The notes beneath the pieces are model-generated. The model did not search any database. It was not told the origin of the DNA and was given only the letters and a program-made list of their open reading frames with translations. The position numbers and the translations under genes are program-made. Below are positions 1 to 8,275 of a stretch of DNA of 64,000 nt, in pieces. This stretch comes from an uncultured Alphaproteobacteria bacterium (GTDB lineage: Bacteria > Pseudomonadota > Alphaproteobacteria > Methylaequorales > Methylaequoraceae), in assembly GCA_902536485.1 (NCBI GenBank), contig CACAXP010000001.1, positions 5,448 to 69,447 on the forward strand, written 5' to 3'. How positions within the stretch are numbered: the first letter of the stretch is position 1; each line of letters begins with the position of its first letter.

Positions 1-445
1 AGATCTTTTTACATTAGAAAAAAATTTAAAAAATAATAACAATAAATTTAATTCCTCAAAAAAAAAAGTAGGAATACATTTCAGAAGATACAAAGTAATG
101 ACTGATATCCTTCCACCTATGCCATGGGTCTACTATGAATACGCATTAAAAAAATTTGACTCAGAAAAATATGAGTTTTTTTGTTTTAGTGATGACATTG
201 ATGATGTTAAAAAAAATTTTGATGTTAAAAAGTTAAATTTTTTAGAAAACAATAATGAACTTGATGATCTATACTACTTATCGCAATGCGACTCAGTTAT
301 AATGAGTAATAGTACTTTTTCCTGGTGGGGAGCCTGGTTAGGCAAAAAAAAGGAAAAAGTCATTGTGCCACCATTCTGGTTTGGAAGAGCTGGTCCGCGG
401 GATTTAGAAGATTTGATTCCCGATAGATGGGAGGTTTTGACTTAA
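1..445 (+). CDS. Glycosyltransferase family 11 (alpha-1,2-fucosyltransferase-like). This is the 3' part of a gene truncated by the window start.
   Basis: The reading frame is open from nt 2 through the listed ORF 98..445, so the listed ATG at 98 is internal. The C-terminal STFSWWGAWLG matches the GT11 fucosyltransferase signature. The upstream in-frame GIHFRRYKV resembles the HxRRGDY region. Confidence 0.6.
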   Translation, partial: DLFTLEKNLKNNNNKFNSSKKKVGIHFRRYKVMTDILPPMPWVYYEYALKKFDSEKYEFFCFSDDIDDVKKNFDVKKLNFLENNNELDDLYYLSQCDSVIMSNSTFSWWGAWLGKKKEKVIVPPFWFGRAGPRDLEDLIPDRWEVLT

Positions 446-471
446 TTTTTTGGAATTTAGTGGAAAAGGTG

Positions 472-500
472 TCTCGCACCACTTTTCAAGTGGTGCGAGA
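472..500. terminator. GC-rich perfect hairpin between convergent genes; candidate bidirectional terminator
   Basis: TCTCGCACCACTT-TTC-AAGTGGTGCGAGA forms a 13-bp perfect inverted repeat with a 3-nt loop. It is the only GC-rich element in the 63-bp gap between the GT11 and sGDH 3' ends. Both flanks are T-rich. Confidence 0.5.
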
Positions 501-508
501 GTATAACC

Positions 509-1810
509 TTATTTTCTAGCAGAAATTTTGTAGATTTCACCTTCATCTACAGTTGCGTAAAGATCTCCATTAAACATTCTTAGCCCTCTGAATCTCTTTG
601 TTAGACCAGTAGGCATTTGAATGACACTTTTAATAGCTTTACCGTCTTTAGTAATGTCGACAATGTCGATTCTCATACCAGATGGTGTACCACCGAAAGC
701 AATACCCATGATTCCGACAGCCATACGACCTTCCCAGTAACCCCAGTTGCTACCTGTTAAGAAAGCAGCAGAACCAGTTCCTTGAGAAAGACCATTGTTG
801 TTCCAAGCTGGAGGCATGAGGTCTTTGAAACGCTCATCACTCATTGGAGTACCTGCTTCAGCACGAGCAGCTGGTAACATACCTTCTTTTTGGTTAGGCA
901 TATATCCACAATACTTATCTGGACATGCACCACGACCTGCGACCTTTTCTTTAGGGTCCCATCCAGCGTTACCACCGTTAACTAAGGCAGTGATTTCGTC
1001 ATTGTGCCATGGACCATGTTCAGCAGTAAATGCTCTACCATCTGATGGACGGAAGTCGATACCTTGAACATTTCTGTGTCCATAAGTGTACATACGCTTA
1101 TCGAAACCTTTAGGCGGTTTGTTTCCAGGGTGTGCTTTTCCATCAGTATCGATTCTAAGAACATTACCTCCTAGAAGAGTTGGATGCTGAGGAATATCAC
1201 CTTTGTGACGATCGCCTGTAGTTGCCCATAAGTAACCTTCAGGACCAAATCTTAGTCTGTTACCATTATGTGCACCTGGACCACCAAATGGGTGATCTGA
1301 TTCGAACGGCTTATATTGAATATCAGTTACGATATCTGTTCTGTTAGAGACACTCTTCATGTCTTTACTAACTTCAAATCTCATAATGATGTTACCATTA
1401 CATACATCGAAGTTGTCTTTACAACCTGAACCACGGTGTGCGGTTGAAGCTGAAGCAACATATATTCTACGATTTTTTTTGAAGTTAGGGTCAACTGCAA
1501 TACCTAGCATTCCGGCTTGACCTTCACAAAAAAGATCATCACCAGCACTATTGTATCCAGAAGTACCTTTCATGCCATATAATTTATTTACGGCACCAGA
1601 TTTAGTTTTTACAGAAAAACCTTTACATTTTTCAGTGAAAAACATATCGCCTTTTTTTGTAAATGCCATATCCCATGGATTTTCTAACCCGTTAAGAATA
1701 GACATTGCACTGATCTTGGGAGTTCCCATAGTATCAGCTTGACCATTAAAGGCCAGCAAAGAAGCAGCTGAAAAAATTGCCGCTGATAGTAGTTTAGATT
1801 TTTTAAACAT
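509..1810 (-). CDS. PQQ-dependent soluble sugar (glucose/sorbosone) dehydrogenase, beta-propeller, with signal peptide
   Basis: sGDH/YliI family motifs are present: GMLGIAVDPNF, HNGNRLRFGPEGYLW, GGNVLRIDTDGK and YTYGHRNVQGIDF. I prefer the internal ATG at 1810 (MFKKSKLLSAAIF..., a signal peptide) preceded by GGAGGA. That choice avoids overlap with the cytochrome c gene. Confidence 0.8.
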   Translation of the reverse strand: MFKKSKLLSAAIFSAASLLAFNGQADTMGTPKISAMSILNGLENPWDMAFTKKGDMFFTEKCKGFSVKTKSGAVNKLYGMKGTSGYNSAGDDLFCEGQAGMLGIAVDPNFKKNRRIYVASASTAHRGSGCKDNFDVCNGNIIMRFEVSKDMKSVSNRTDIVTDIQYKPFESDHPFGGPGAHNGNRLRFGPEGYLWATTGDRHKGDIPQHPTLLGGNVLRIDTDGKAHPGNKPPKGFDKRMYTYGHRNVQGIDFRPSDGRAFTAEHGPWHNDEITALVNGGNAGWDPKEKVAGRGACPDKYCGYMPNQKEGMLPAARAEAGTPMSDERFKDLMPPAWNNNGLSQGTGSAAFLTGSNWGYWEGRMAVGIMGIAFGGTPSGMRIDIVDITKDGKAIKSVIQMPTGLTKRFRGLRMFNGDLYATVDEGEIYKISARK

Positions 1811-1838
1811 TAAAAATATCCTCCACTTAATGTTAATA

Positions 1839-2162
1839 TTATTTTTTACCAGCTGGATCACTTGCTAAGTAAGCAGCTAGATTGTCAATCTCTAAATCGG
1901 TTAATGGCTTAGCCATCATAATCATTAAATCTGAGTTAGGTCCAACTTTAGTCCCCGCCCTGTAAGTTTTAAGTCTTTCAGTTAAATAGGGAACTTCTTT
2001 GCCAGAAATTCTCGGATAGCTCGCTAGTCCCATTCCCCCAGGACCATGGCAATTACCACAATTCTGAGCATATCTTGCTTTACCTGCTTCTGGGTCACCA
2101 CTAATAGCTTTGTTGGAAACAAAGAAGAAGGGTAAAAATAAAGCAATATAAATATGTTTCAT
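1839..2162 (-). CDS. Class I c-type cytochrome (single CxxCH heme site), secreted
   Basis: N-terminal signal peptide and a CGNCH heme-binding motif. It lies 28 bp upstream of, and on the same strand as, the PQQ dehydrogenase, as expected for its electron acceptor. Confidence 0.8.
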   Translation of the reverse strand: MKHIYIALFLPFFFVSNKAISGDPEAGKARYAQNCGNCHGPGGMGLASYPRISGKEVPYLTERLKTYRAGTKVGPNSDLMIMMAKPLTDLEIDNLAAYLASDPAGKK

Positions 2163-2242
2163 AAAACAGCAAACCTATACTTAATCACTAACAACCAAGC
2201 TTTAAAGATTGATTTAGTATAAATCTAATAGAGTTTACCTCA

Positions 2243-2266
2243 AATTTCAACATATCTTTTGAAATT
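2243..2266. promoter_or_regulatory. Perfect palindrome AATTTCAA-N8-TTGAAATT upstream of the cytochrome c / sGDH operon; candidate dimeric regulator site
   Basis: 8-bp perfect inverted repeat with an 8-nt spacer. It sits about 80 to 105 bp upstream of the cytochrome c start, inside a 400-bp non-coding stretch. Confidence 0.25.
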
Positions 2267-2559
2267 AAATTTAAATTTTTTTAGCTACTGCGTTTAATTT
2301 CTGTCTTTATCCTGAGTGCAACGTATATGTTACATTATAACGCTGTAAAATTATAAAATACTCACCAAATTAGCTTTGATTTATGAATTAAATACATTAT
2401 CAGTTAAAATATAAATTTAAAAATTGTAAAAATAGATATGTTGTTGAGATTTATAATAATTGGAACTTTTATTTCATTGATAATTTTAATGATGTAGCAT
2501 TTATTTTAAATTTTGAAATACAAAAAATTATTTAGTAGATTTATTTTAAAACCAAAAAT

Positions 2560-2805
2560 TTAAACTGAGTTATCATTAGGTGATGATGGAAGTTCTTTTT
2601 GCCATTCAAACTCTTCTATATACTTTTCCACTTCTTGAAATATGTTTTGCATTGTATTAAAACCATCACCAATAAACCCCGCAAACTGGAAGATAGGAAG
2701 CAAAAAAATAATAATAGTATAAATAATAATTACACCAATAAGAATAAATATGAGTTTGAACATATTCCTTTCTAACCATTTAAATATTTTTAGGAAGTCT
2801 TTCAT
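2560..2805 (-). CDS. Hypothetical small membrane protein (81 aa)
   Basis: ORF with one strongly hydrophobic segment (LIFILIGVIIIYTIIIFLLPIF). It has no recognisable RBS and no recognisable family, and lies in the AT-rich tRNA-flanking region. Confidence 0.25.
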   Translation of the reverse strand: MKDFLKIFKWLERNMFKLIFILIGVIIIYTIIIFLLPIFQFAGFIGDGFNTMQNIFQEVEKYIEEFEWQKELPSSPNDNSV

Positions 2806-3019
2806 ATAGTTAAACCAAATGATTGGTATTTTTTAACACATAAACTTTTTAGGCCGAAACATTTATAAACACCCCTAGTCTCTTATTTCACAGTTTTTTA
2901 TATTTAACATTTGTTTATCAAATGACTGATTTACGGTTGGCTTTATATTCAAAATTTACTACTTAACTGTAGTAAACTTTTTCATTAGTTTGTAAGCACC
3001 CTATAAGTCATTGATTTTA

Positions 3020-3096
3020 TGGTAGCGGAGGAGGGACTTGAACCCCCGACACGCGGATTATGATTCCGCTGCTCTAACCACCTGAGCTACTCCGCC
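3020..3096 (-). tRNA. tRNA with anticodon CAU. I read it as elongator tRNA-Met type; a lysidine-modified tRNA-Ile2 cannot be excluded.
   Basis: Reverse complement folds as a cloverleaf: 7-bp acceptor stem (GGCGGAG/CTCCGCT, including G1-U72), D-stem GCTC/GAGC, anticodon stem GCGGA/TCCGC with loop AUCAUAA, T-arm GGGGG-TTCAAGT-CCCTC, and an encoded CCA. The anticodon stem lacks the three G-C pairs typical of initiator tRNA. Confidence 0.85.
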
Positions 3097-3272
3097 ACTG
3101 AATTAGGAGACTTGTTAATTACACGAATATTGCTCAAAAAACAAATAGTTTCAAGTATATAGTAAATAATTTTTTTATTTTATTGATAACATTTAAAAAT
3201 TTATAAATAATCATATAACTTTAGAATGTCTTATTTATAAAATTTACATAAAATTACAGAAGTGGAGAAAAA

Positions 3273-4499
3273 TTGAGTTTTTTAATTTCAAATTTTTTAA
3301 AAGTCAGAAAGAAAACATCTGAATTAGTTTCAAAACTTGAACCTGAGGATATGATTGTACAATCGAATGATTTTGTAAGTCCAATTAAATGGCATTTAGG
3401 TCATACAACTTGGTTTTTTGAAAACTTTATACTTCAGAAAAGTAAAGACTATAAAAAATTTGATAAGTCCTTTAATTATATTTTCAATTCATACTATAAT
3501 GGTGTAGGAACATATAACCCAAAAGAAAAAAGAGGAACAATTAATAGACCACTACTGAAGCATGTTATTAAATACCGTAAACATGTTGACCAAAACATTA
3601 CTGATTTACTGGATAAAAAAAACCTTACGTCGAAATTTAAATTTTTGATTGAACTTGGAATTAATCATGAACAACAACACCAAGAACTAATTCTTATGGA
3701 TGTGCTTAATAATTTTTTCAATAATCCCCTTAAACCTGAATATCTTAAACCTAAAAAAAATAAAAGAAAAAATCACAAACATATCTTATGGAAAAATAAG
3801 ACAAAAACTTTATTTAATTTTGGGGTTACTGATAATTCATTTCATTATGATAACGAATCACCCACAAATTCAGTCGAAATTTGTCCTTTCGAACTAAATA
3901 TAGACTTCGTATCAAATAATGAATGGTTAGAGTTTATAAATAATGATGGGTATAACAGACCTGAATTGTGGTTATCTGATGGATGGGACTTCATAAAAAA
4001 ATATGATGTTAAAAAACCATTATATTGGCTTGATAATAAGTTTAAGTTTTCTTTTTTTGGAGTAGAGAGAATTGATGGGTCCGAACCAGTTTCACATATA
4101 AGTTTTTATGAAGCAGATGCCTTCAGTCGGTTTAAAAAAAAACGATTACCAACTGAATTTGAAATTGAATATTTTTTAACTCAGAATAAAAAAAAAGGGA
4201 ATCTATTAGAAAATGGAAATTTCAAAGAAATCTCAATTAACAAACAAAATGCCATAGAAAATTCTTATGGTAACTTATGGTGTTGGACAAGTAGTAATTA
4301 CCTACCCTATTCTGGTTATAAACCTTTCAGTGAAAAATTATCTGAATACAACCAAAAATTCATGTGCAATCAATTTGTTTTAAAAGGTGGTTCATATGCA
4401 ACTCCTAAAAATCATATTCGATCAACCTATAGAAACTTTTATTATCCATCTGATAGATGGCAATTTTCAGGCCTTAGATTAGCTAGTGACTTAAAATGA
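3273..4499 (+). CDS. egtB: Hercynine-cysteine sulfoxide synthase EgtB (DinB_2 domain plus FGE-sulfatase-like domain)
   Basis: The N-terminal WHLGHTTWFFENF is the metal-binding DinB_2 motif. The C-terminal GGSYATPKNHIRSTYRNFYYPSDRWQFSGLRLASD is the FGE-like EgtB end. At 408 aa with no C-terminal methyltransferase, it is not OvoA. The start appears to be TTG 3273 with GGAGA 8 nt upstream. There is a 4-nt ATGA overlap with egtD. Confidence 0.8.
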   Translation: MSFLISNFLKVRKKTSELVSKLEPEDMIVQSNDFVSPIKWHLGHTTWFFENFILQKSKDYKKFDKSFNYIFNSYYNGVGTYNPKEKRGTINRPLLKHVIKYRKHVDQNITDLLDKKNLTSKFKFLIELGINHEQQHQELILMDVLNNFFNNPLKPEYLKPKKNKRKNHKHILWKNKTKTLFNFGVTDNSFHYDNESPTNSVEICPFELNIDFVSNNEWLEFINNDGYNRPELWLSDGWDFIKKYDVKKPLYWLDNKFKFSFFGVERIDGSEPVSHISFYEADAFSRFKKKRLPTEFEIEYFLTQNKKKGNLLENGNFKEISINKQNAIENSYGNLWCWTSSNYLPYSGYKPFSEKLSEYNQKFMCNQFVLKGGSYATPKNHIRSTYRNFYYPSDRWQFSGLRLASDLK

Positions 4500-5467
4500 T
4501 TGACAATTTAGATATATATAATTTTAAAGAGGATGAACAAGAGGACGATAGAGAAATAATTTCGGACTTAAAAAACTCTGAACAAAAAAAAATTAATTCC
4601 AAGCATTTTTACGATGAAAAGGGTTCCAGACTATTTGATAAGATCTCAGAACTTAAAGAGTATTATCCAACTAGAACAGAACTGGAAATTATTGAAAAGC
4701 AAAAATACTCTTTTAAAAACAACCTACCTTCAAATGCTTCGATCATCGAGTTTGGAAGTGGATCAAACAAAAAAATAAAAAAACTCCTAAATGCATTAGA
4801 TAAACCTAAAGAGTATATTTCTATAGATATAAGCTATGATTTTTTAGTAGTTAACGCAAAAGAAATAGCAAAGAAATTTCCTAAGCTCAATGTTAAAGCA
4901 ATTTGTGCAGATTTGTACCAATTAGGGTCTATAAGTAAAATAACCAACGGAAGTTCTCAAAAGATTGGTTTTTTTCCAGGGTCAACTATCGGTAATTTTT
5001 CTGAAAATGAGGCAAAGAATTTATTGATGGGCTTTAAAAAAATTCTTGGAAAAAATAGTTTTTTGATAATTGGTGTTGATTTAAGAAAAGATAAAAAAAT
5101 TATGGAAAAAGCTTATAACGATTCCAAAGGCATTACTGCGGAATTTAATAAAAATATTTTGAACGGAATAAATAAAAAAATTGGAAGTAAATTTAATATT
5201 AAAAATTTTGAACATAAAGCATATTTTAACGAAAAAAAGAAAAGAATTGAGATGCATTTAATTAGCAGACAAAATCAGAATATACTCTTAAAAGACTATG
5301 ATTTAAAAATACTTAAAGGAGAAAGCATACATACTGAAAATTCTCATAAATATTCTGCCTTAGAATTTGAAAAATTAGCATTATCATCTGGCTATAAAAA
5401 AATTGATTTTTTAACAGACCAAAAAAAATACTTTGGTATTTTTTTTTTAAAGGTACTAGATAATTGA
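4496..5467 (+). CDS. egtD: L-histidine N-alpha-methyltransferase EgtD (makes hercynine)
   Basis: Motifs characteristic of EgtD (Methyltransf_33) are present: HFYDEKGSRLFDKISELKEYYPTRTELEI, EFGSGS, GSTIGNF, AYNDSKGITAEFNKNIL and RIEMHL. Confidence 0.85.
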   Translation: MIDNLDIYNFKEDEQEDDREIISDLKNSEQKKINSKHFYDEKGSRLFDKISELKEYYPTRTELEIIEKQKYSFKNNLPSNASIIEFGSGSNKKIKKLLNALDKPKEYISIDISYDFLVVNAKEIAKKFPKLNVKAICADLYQLGSISKITNGSSQKIGFFPGSTIGNFSENEAKNLLMGFKKILGKNSFLIIGVDLRKDKKIMEKAYNDSKGITAEFNKNILNGINKKIGSKFNIKNFEHKAYFNEKKKRIEMHLISRQNQNILLKDYDLKILKGESIHTENSHKYSALEFEKLALSSGYKKIDFLTDQKKYFGIFFLKVLDN

Positions 5468-6597
5468 ATTTTATAAATTTTAATAATGCGGGTGCAAGTC
5501 TTTTAGAACCATCGACTAAAAAAGATATTTCTAATTATTTACAACTTGAGACAAGAATATCGGGATATTACATCGAGCAAAAAAAAAAAAAGGTTTTAGA
5601 TAAGTTCTATCTTAATGCTGCAGGACTTTTAAATTGTAAACCTGAAGAAATATCTTTTTTACAAAGTACAACATACGGATGGAATTTATTTATCAATTCA
5701 TTAACAATAAAAAAAAACTCTAATATAGTCATCTTTGATAACGAATACGGAAGTAATTATATTACTCTTGTAAACAATAACCTAAATGTAAGAGTTAGTA
5801 AACTAAAGGAAAATGGAGAGATTTCTTTTGAAGACTTAAAAAGAAAAGTTGATAAACATACAGTTTTAGTTGCTGTCTGCCATATCGCCTCTCAATGTGG
5901 AAATATTCTTGATGTAGAAAAACTTGGTAAGTTTATAAAAAAAATTAATACTAAGATCATTTTTTTAATTGATGCATGTCAATCGGCTGGACATTTAAAA
6001 TTAAATGTAAAAAAAAACATGTGTGACGCTCTTGTGTGTTCAGGTAGAAAGTACTTACGCGGACCAAGAGGAACTGGGCTAATTTTTATAAAAGATTCTA
6101 TTCAAAAAAAAATTATTCCAAAAATAATTGACACAACCAAATCAAAAATAATTGGAAGAAACCTTTCAATTATTAATAGCACAAATATATTTGAGACTTT
6201 CGAATACTCACCTTCATTAAAAATTGGACTCTCAAAAGCTATCGAAAAATATAATAAACTTGGTCATAAAGAAGTGGAATTTAAAATAAAAAATTTGAGT
6301 AAATATTTTAGAAAAAAAATATCATCAAATCCCCTTGTGACTATTTATGAAAACGAAAGCTTGATATCTGGTATTAATACTTTTTCAATAAAAGGAAAAA
6401 CGTCTTTTGACGTATATTCTTTTTTACAAAAAAAAAGGATAATAACTTCTATCTCATCTTTTCAAACTTCAACTCATTACTTTAAAAAAAAAAATTTAAA
6501 TGATATCGTTAGGGTTTCGTTACATTACTTTAATAAAAAAAAAGAGGTGGATTATTTGGTTTCAAGTATAAATAATTTTACAACAAAACTTAAATAA
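5464..6597 (+). CDS. PLP-dependent class V aminotransferase-fold enzyme; EgtE-like C-S lyase candidate
   Basis: N-terminal FINFNNAGASL resembles the YLDnAATt motif. The DACQSAGHLKLNV...SGRKYLRGPRGTGLIF stretch is the PLP-lysine region of the cysteine desulfurase / C-S lyase fold. It overlaps the egtD stop (apparent TTG start). The coding region contains an A13 tract at 5579..5591. Confidence 0.6.
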   Translation: MNFINFNNAGASLLEPSTKKDISNYLQLETRISGYYIEQKKKKVLDKFYLNAAGLLNCKPEEISFLQSTTYGWNLFINSLTIKKNSNIVIFDNEYGSNYITLVNNNLNVRVSKLKENGEISFEDLKRKVDKHTVLVAVCHIASQCGNILDVEKLGKFIKKINTKIIFLIDACQSAGHLKLNVKKNMCDALVCSGRKYLRGPRGTGLIFIKDSIQKKIIPKIIDTTKSKIIGRNLSIINSTNIFETFEYSPSLKIGLSKAIEKYNKLGHKEVEFKIKNLSKYFRKKISSNPLVTIYENESLISGINTFSIKGKTSFDVYSFLQKKRIITSISSFQTSTHYFKKKNLNDIVRVSLHYFNKKKEVDYLVSSINNFTTKLK

Positions 6598-7744
6598 TCT
6601 TCTCACCTGAATATATCCAACCACCACCAATCATCTTTTTTTTATTATTATAAAAAACACAAGCTTGCCCGGGAGCAATTCCAAATTCAGGTTTTCTTAA
6701 TTCAACTGTTGCTGTTTTGCATTTATCCGAAATTTTTTTTATACATGCTGAAATTAAAGTTTTTCTTGACCTTACTTTAACATACGCCTCAAAATTGTTT
6801 TCTGGGATATTTTGAGAAAGAAAGTTAACATCTTTGATGTGAATAAAATATTTAGCTAACTTTTCTTTATGACCAACTACGATTTTATTATTTTTTTTAT
6901 CAATATCGACAACATATAAAGGTTTATTTTCTGTTAACCCTTTAATATTACCAATTCCAATTCCTTTGCGTTGACCAATGGTGTAATTAGCAATTCCTCT
7001 ATGTTCTCCAATAACTAAACCCTCTGTGGTTTCGATGAAACCTTTTTTAATTTTTATATGATCATTTTTTAATAAAAACTTTTTATAATCACCATTGGGA
7101 ATAAAGCAAATATCTTGACTGTCCTTTTTATCTTCAACACCAAGCTTGTAAAATTTAGCAATTTCACGAATTTCTGATTTTTTAAAATTTCCTAAGGGAA
7201 ATCTTAAAATCTTTAGTTGTTGCTGAGTTGTGGCAAAGAGAAAATAGCTTTGATCTTTTTTATCATCCTCCGCACAAAACAAATGAATTCCGTTTTTATC
7301 TTCTACCCTTTTGATATAATGTCCTGTTGCAAGATGTTTACAATTCAAAGACTTAGCAAAGTTGATTAAATCTATAAATTTTACTGTTTGATTACATCTA
7401 ATACAAGGGATTGGAGTTTCCCCTTTTTTATAACTATTCACAAAATCATTTATTACAGAGTTTTTAAATCGCTCTTCAAGATTAATGATATAGTGTTTGA
7501 TTCCAAGTTTTTTTGAAACATTTCTGGCATCAGCAATATCTAAGCCAGAACAACAGGTTTTAGTTTTGTTAGAAAGTTTGGAGCTATGAAGCTTCATTGT
7601 TACACCAATAACTTCATATCCAGCATTTTTTAATAGAGCAGCTGTTACCGATGAATCAACACCTCCAGACATGGCAACAACTATTTTTGAGCCGGGCTCT
7701 GGCAAATTATTAATCTTAATTATGTTGTCAAAATTCAATTGCAT
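6590..7744 (-). CDS. mnmA: tRNA-specific 2-thiouridylase MnmA
   Basis: PP-loop VVAMSGGVDSSV plus conserved MnmA body. It is the last gene of the isc operon and overlaps the iscX stop by 1 nt. Confidence 0.9.
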   Translation of the reverse strand: MQLNFDNIIKINNLPEPGSKIVVAMSGGVDSSVTAALLKNAGYEVIGVTMKLHSSKLSNKTKTCCSGLDIADARNVSKKLGIKHYIINLEERFKNSVINDFVNSYKKGETPIPCIRCNQTVKFIDLINFAKSLNCKHLATGHYIKRVEDKNGIHLFCAEDDKKDQSYFLFATTQQQLKILRFPLGNFKKSEIREIAKFYKLGVEDKKDSQDICFIPNGDYKKFLLKNDHIKIKKGFIETTEGLVIGEHRGIANYTIGQRKGIGIGNIKGLTENKPLYVVDIDKKNNKIVVGHKEKLAKYFIHIKDVNFLSQNIPENNFEAYVKVRSRKTLISACIKKISDKCKTATVELRKPEFGIAPGQACVFYNNKKKMIGGGWIYSGEKII

Positions 7745-7953
7745 TAGTCTCTCTCATCAATCCAAGCCATTTGAATAGATTCTAAAATTTTTTCATTAGA
7801 AGAATTAGGATCATCATCGAAATCTTCAAGTGAAATAATCCATTTGTGAAGATCTGTGAATCGAAGATTTATATTATCAACATCAGGATAAGAATCTTCA
7901 AGTAAAATTGCTATTTCTCTCGAGTCGGTCCATTTCAAACCCATATCAAACAC
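7744..7953 (-). CDS. iscX: Fe-S assembly protein IscX (YfhJ)
   Basis: 69 aa. [12 protein letters not shown]...YPDVD...[26 protein letters not shown] matches IscX almost residue for residue. Confidence 0.85.
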   Translation of the reverse strand: MFDMGLKWTDSREIAILLEDSYPDVDNINLRFTDLHKWIISLEDFDDDPNSSNEKILESIQMAWIDERD

Positions 7954-8275
7954 TCATATTTCTTGTACCACTTGGGACTTTTACCTTCATTCCATCTAAA
8001 CCGTCATTAATGATTATTTGACATCCTAATCTTGATGTATGTGTAAGACCCCACGCTAAATCTAGCATATCTTCTTCTTCTTCTGATGGTTCAGGTAGTT
8101 TTTCAAAAAATTCTTTTTCAACGATAACATGACAGGTTGAACAAGCTAAAGAACCTTCACACGCACCTTCCAAAGAAATTCCGTTATTGTGAGCTACCTC
8201 TAGAAGGGATAACCCATTCTGTGCATCAACTGAAACTTCTTTTCCGTCAGGTTCAACAAATATGATTTTGGTCAT
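7946..8275 (-). CDS. fdx: [2Fe-2S] ferredoxin Fdx of the ISC system
   Basis: Adrenodoxin-type cysteine ligands are present ([12 protein letters not shown] ... LGCQ), and the gene sits in the isc operon. Confidence 0.9.
   Translation of the reverse strand: MTKIIFVEPDGKEVSVDAQNGLSLLEVAHNNGISLEGACEGSLACSTCHVIVEKEFFEKLPEPSEEEEDMLDLAWGLTHTSRLGCQIIINDGLDGMKVKVPSGTRNMSV

Noticed and set aside
98-445. The listed ATG at 98 as the true start of the GT11 gene
   Set aside because: The same frame stays open back to nt 2. The upstream residues continue the fucosyltransferase homology. The gene is truncated by the window edge.
795-1742. Plus-strand and minus-strand ORFs of 60 to 90 aa inside the sGDH gene
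   Set aside because: Embedded in or antisense to a gene with strong family motifs. Consistent with chance ORFs.
2806-3019. Search for an integrase remnant or attachment-site direct repeat next to the tRNA 3' end
   Set aside because: No ORF. No copy of the tRNA 3' segment (GGTTCAAGTCCCTCCTCCGCTACCA) was found by eye in the 3 kb beyond the tRNA 3' end. Only an AT-rich 8-bp inverted repeat (2955..2976) is present, and it could be the tRNA terminator.
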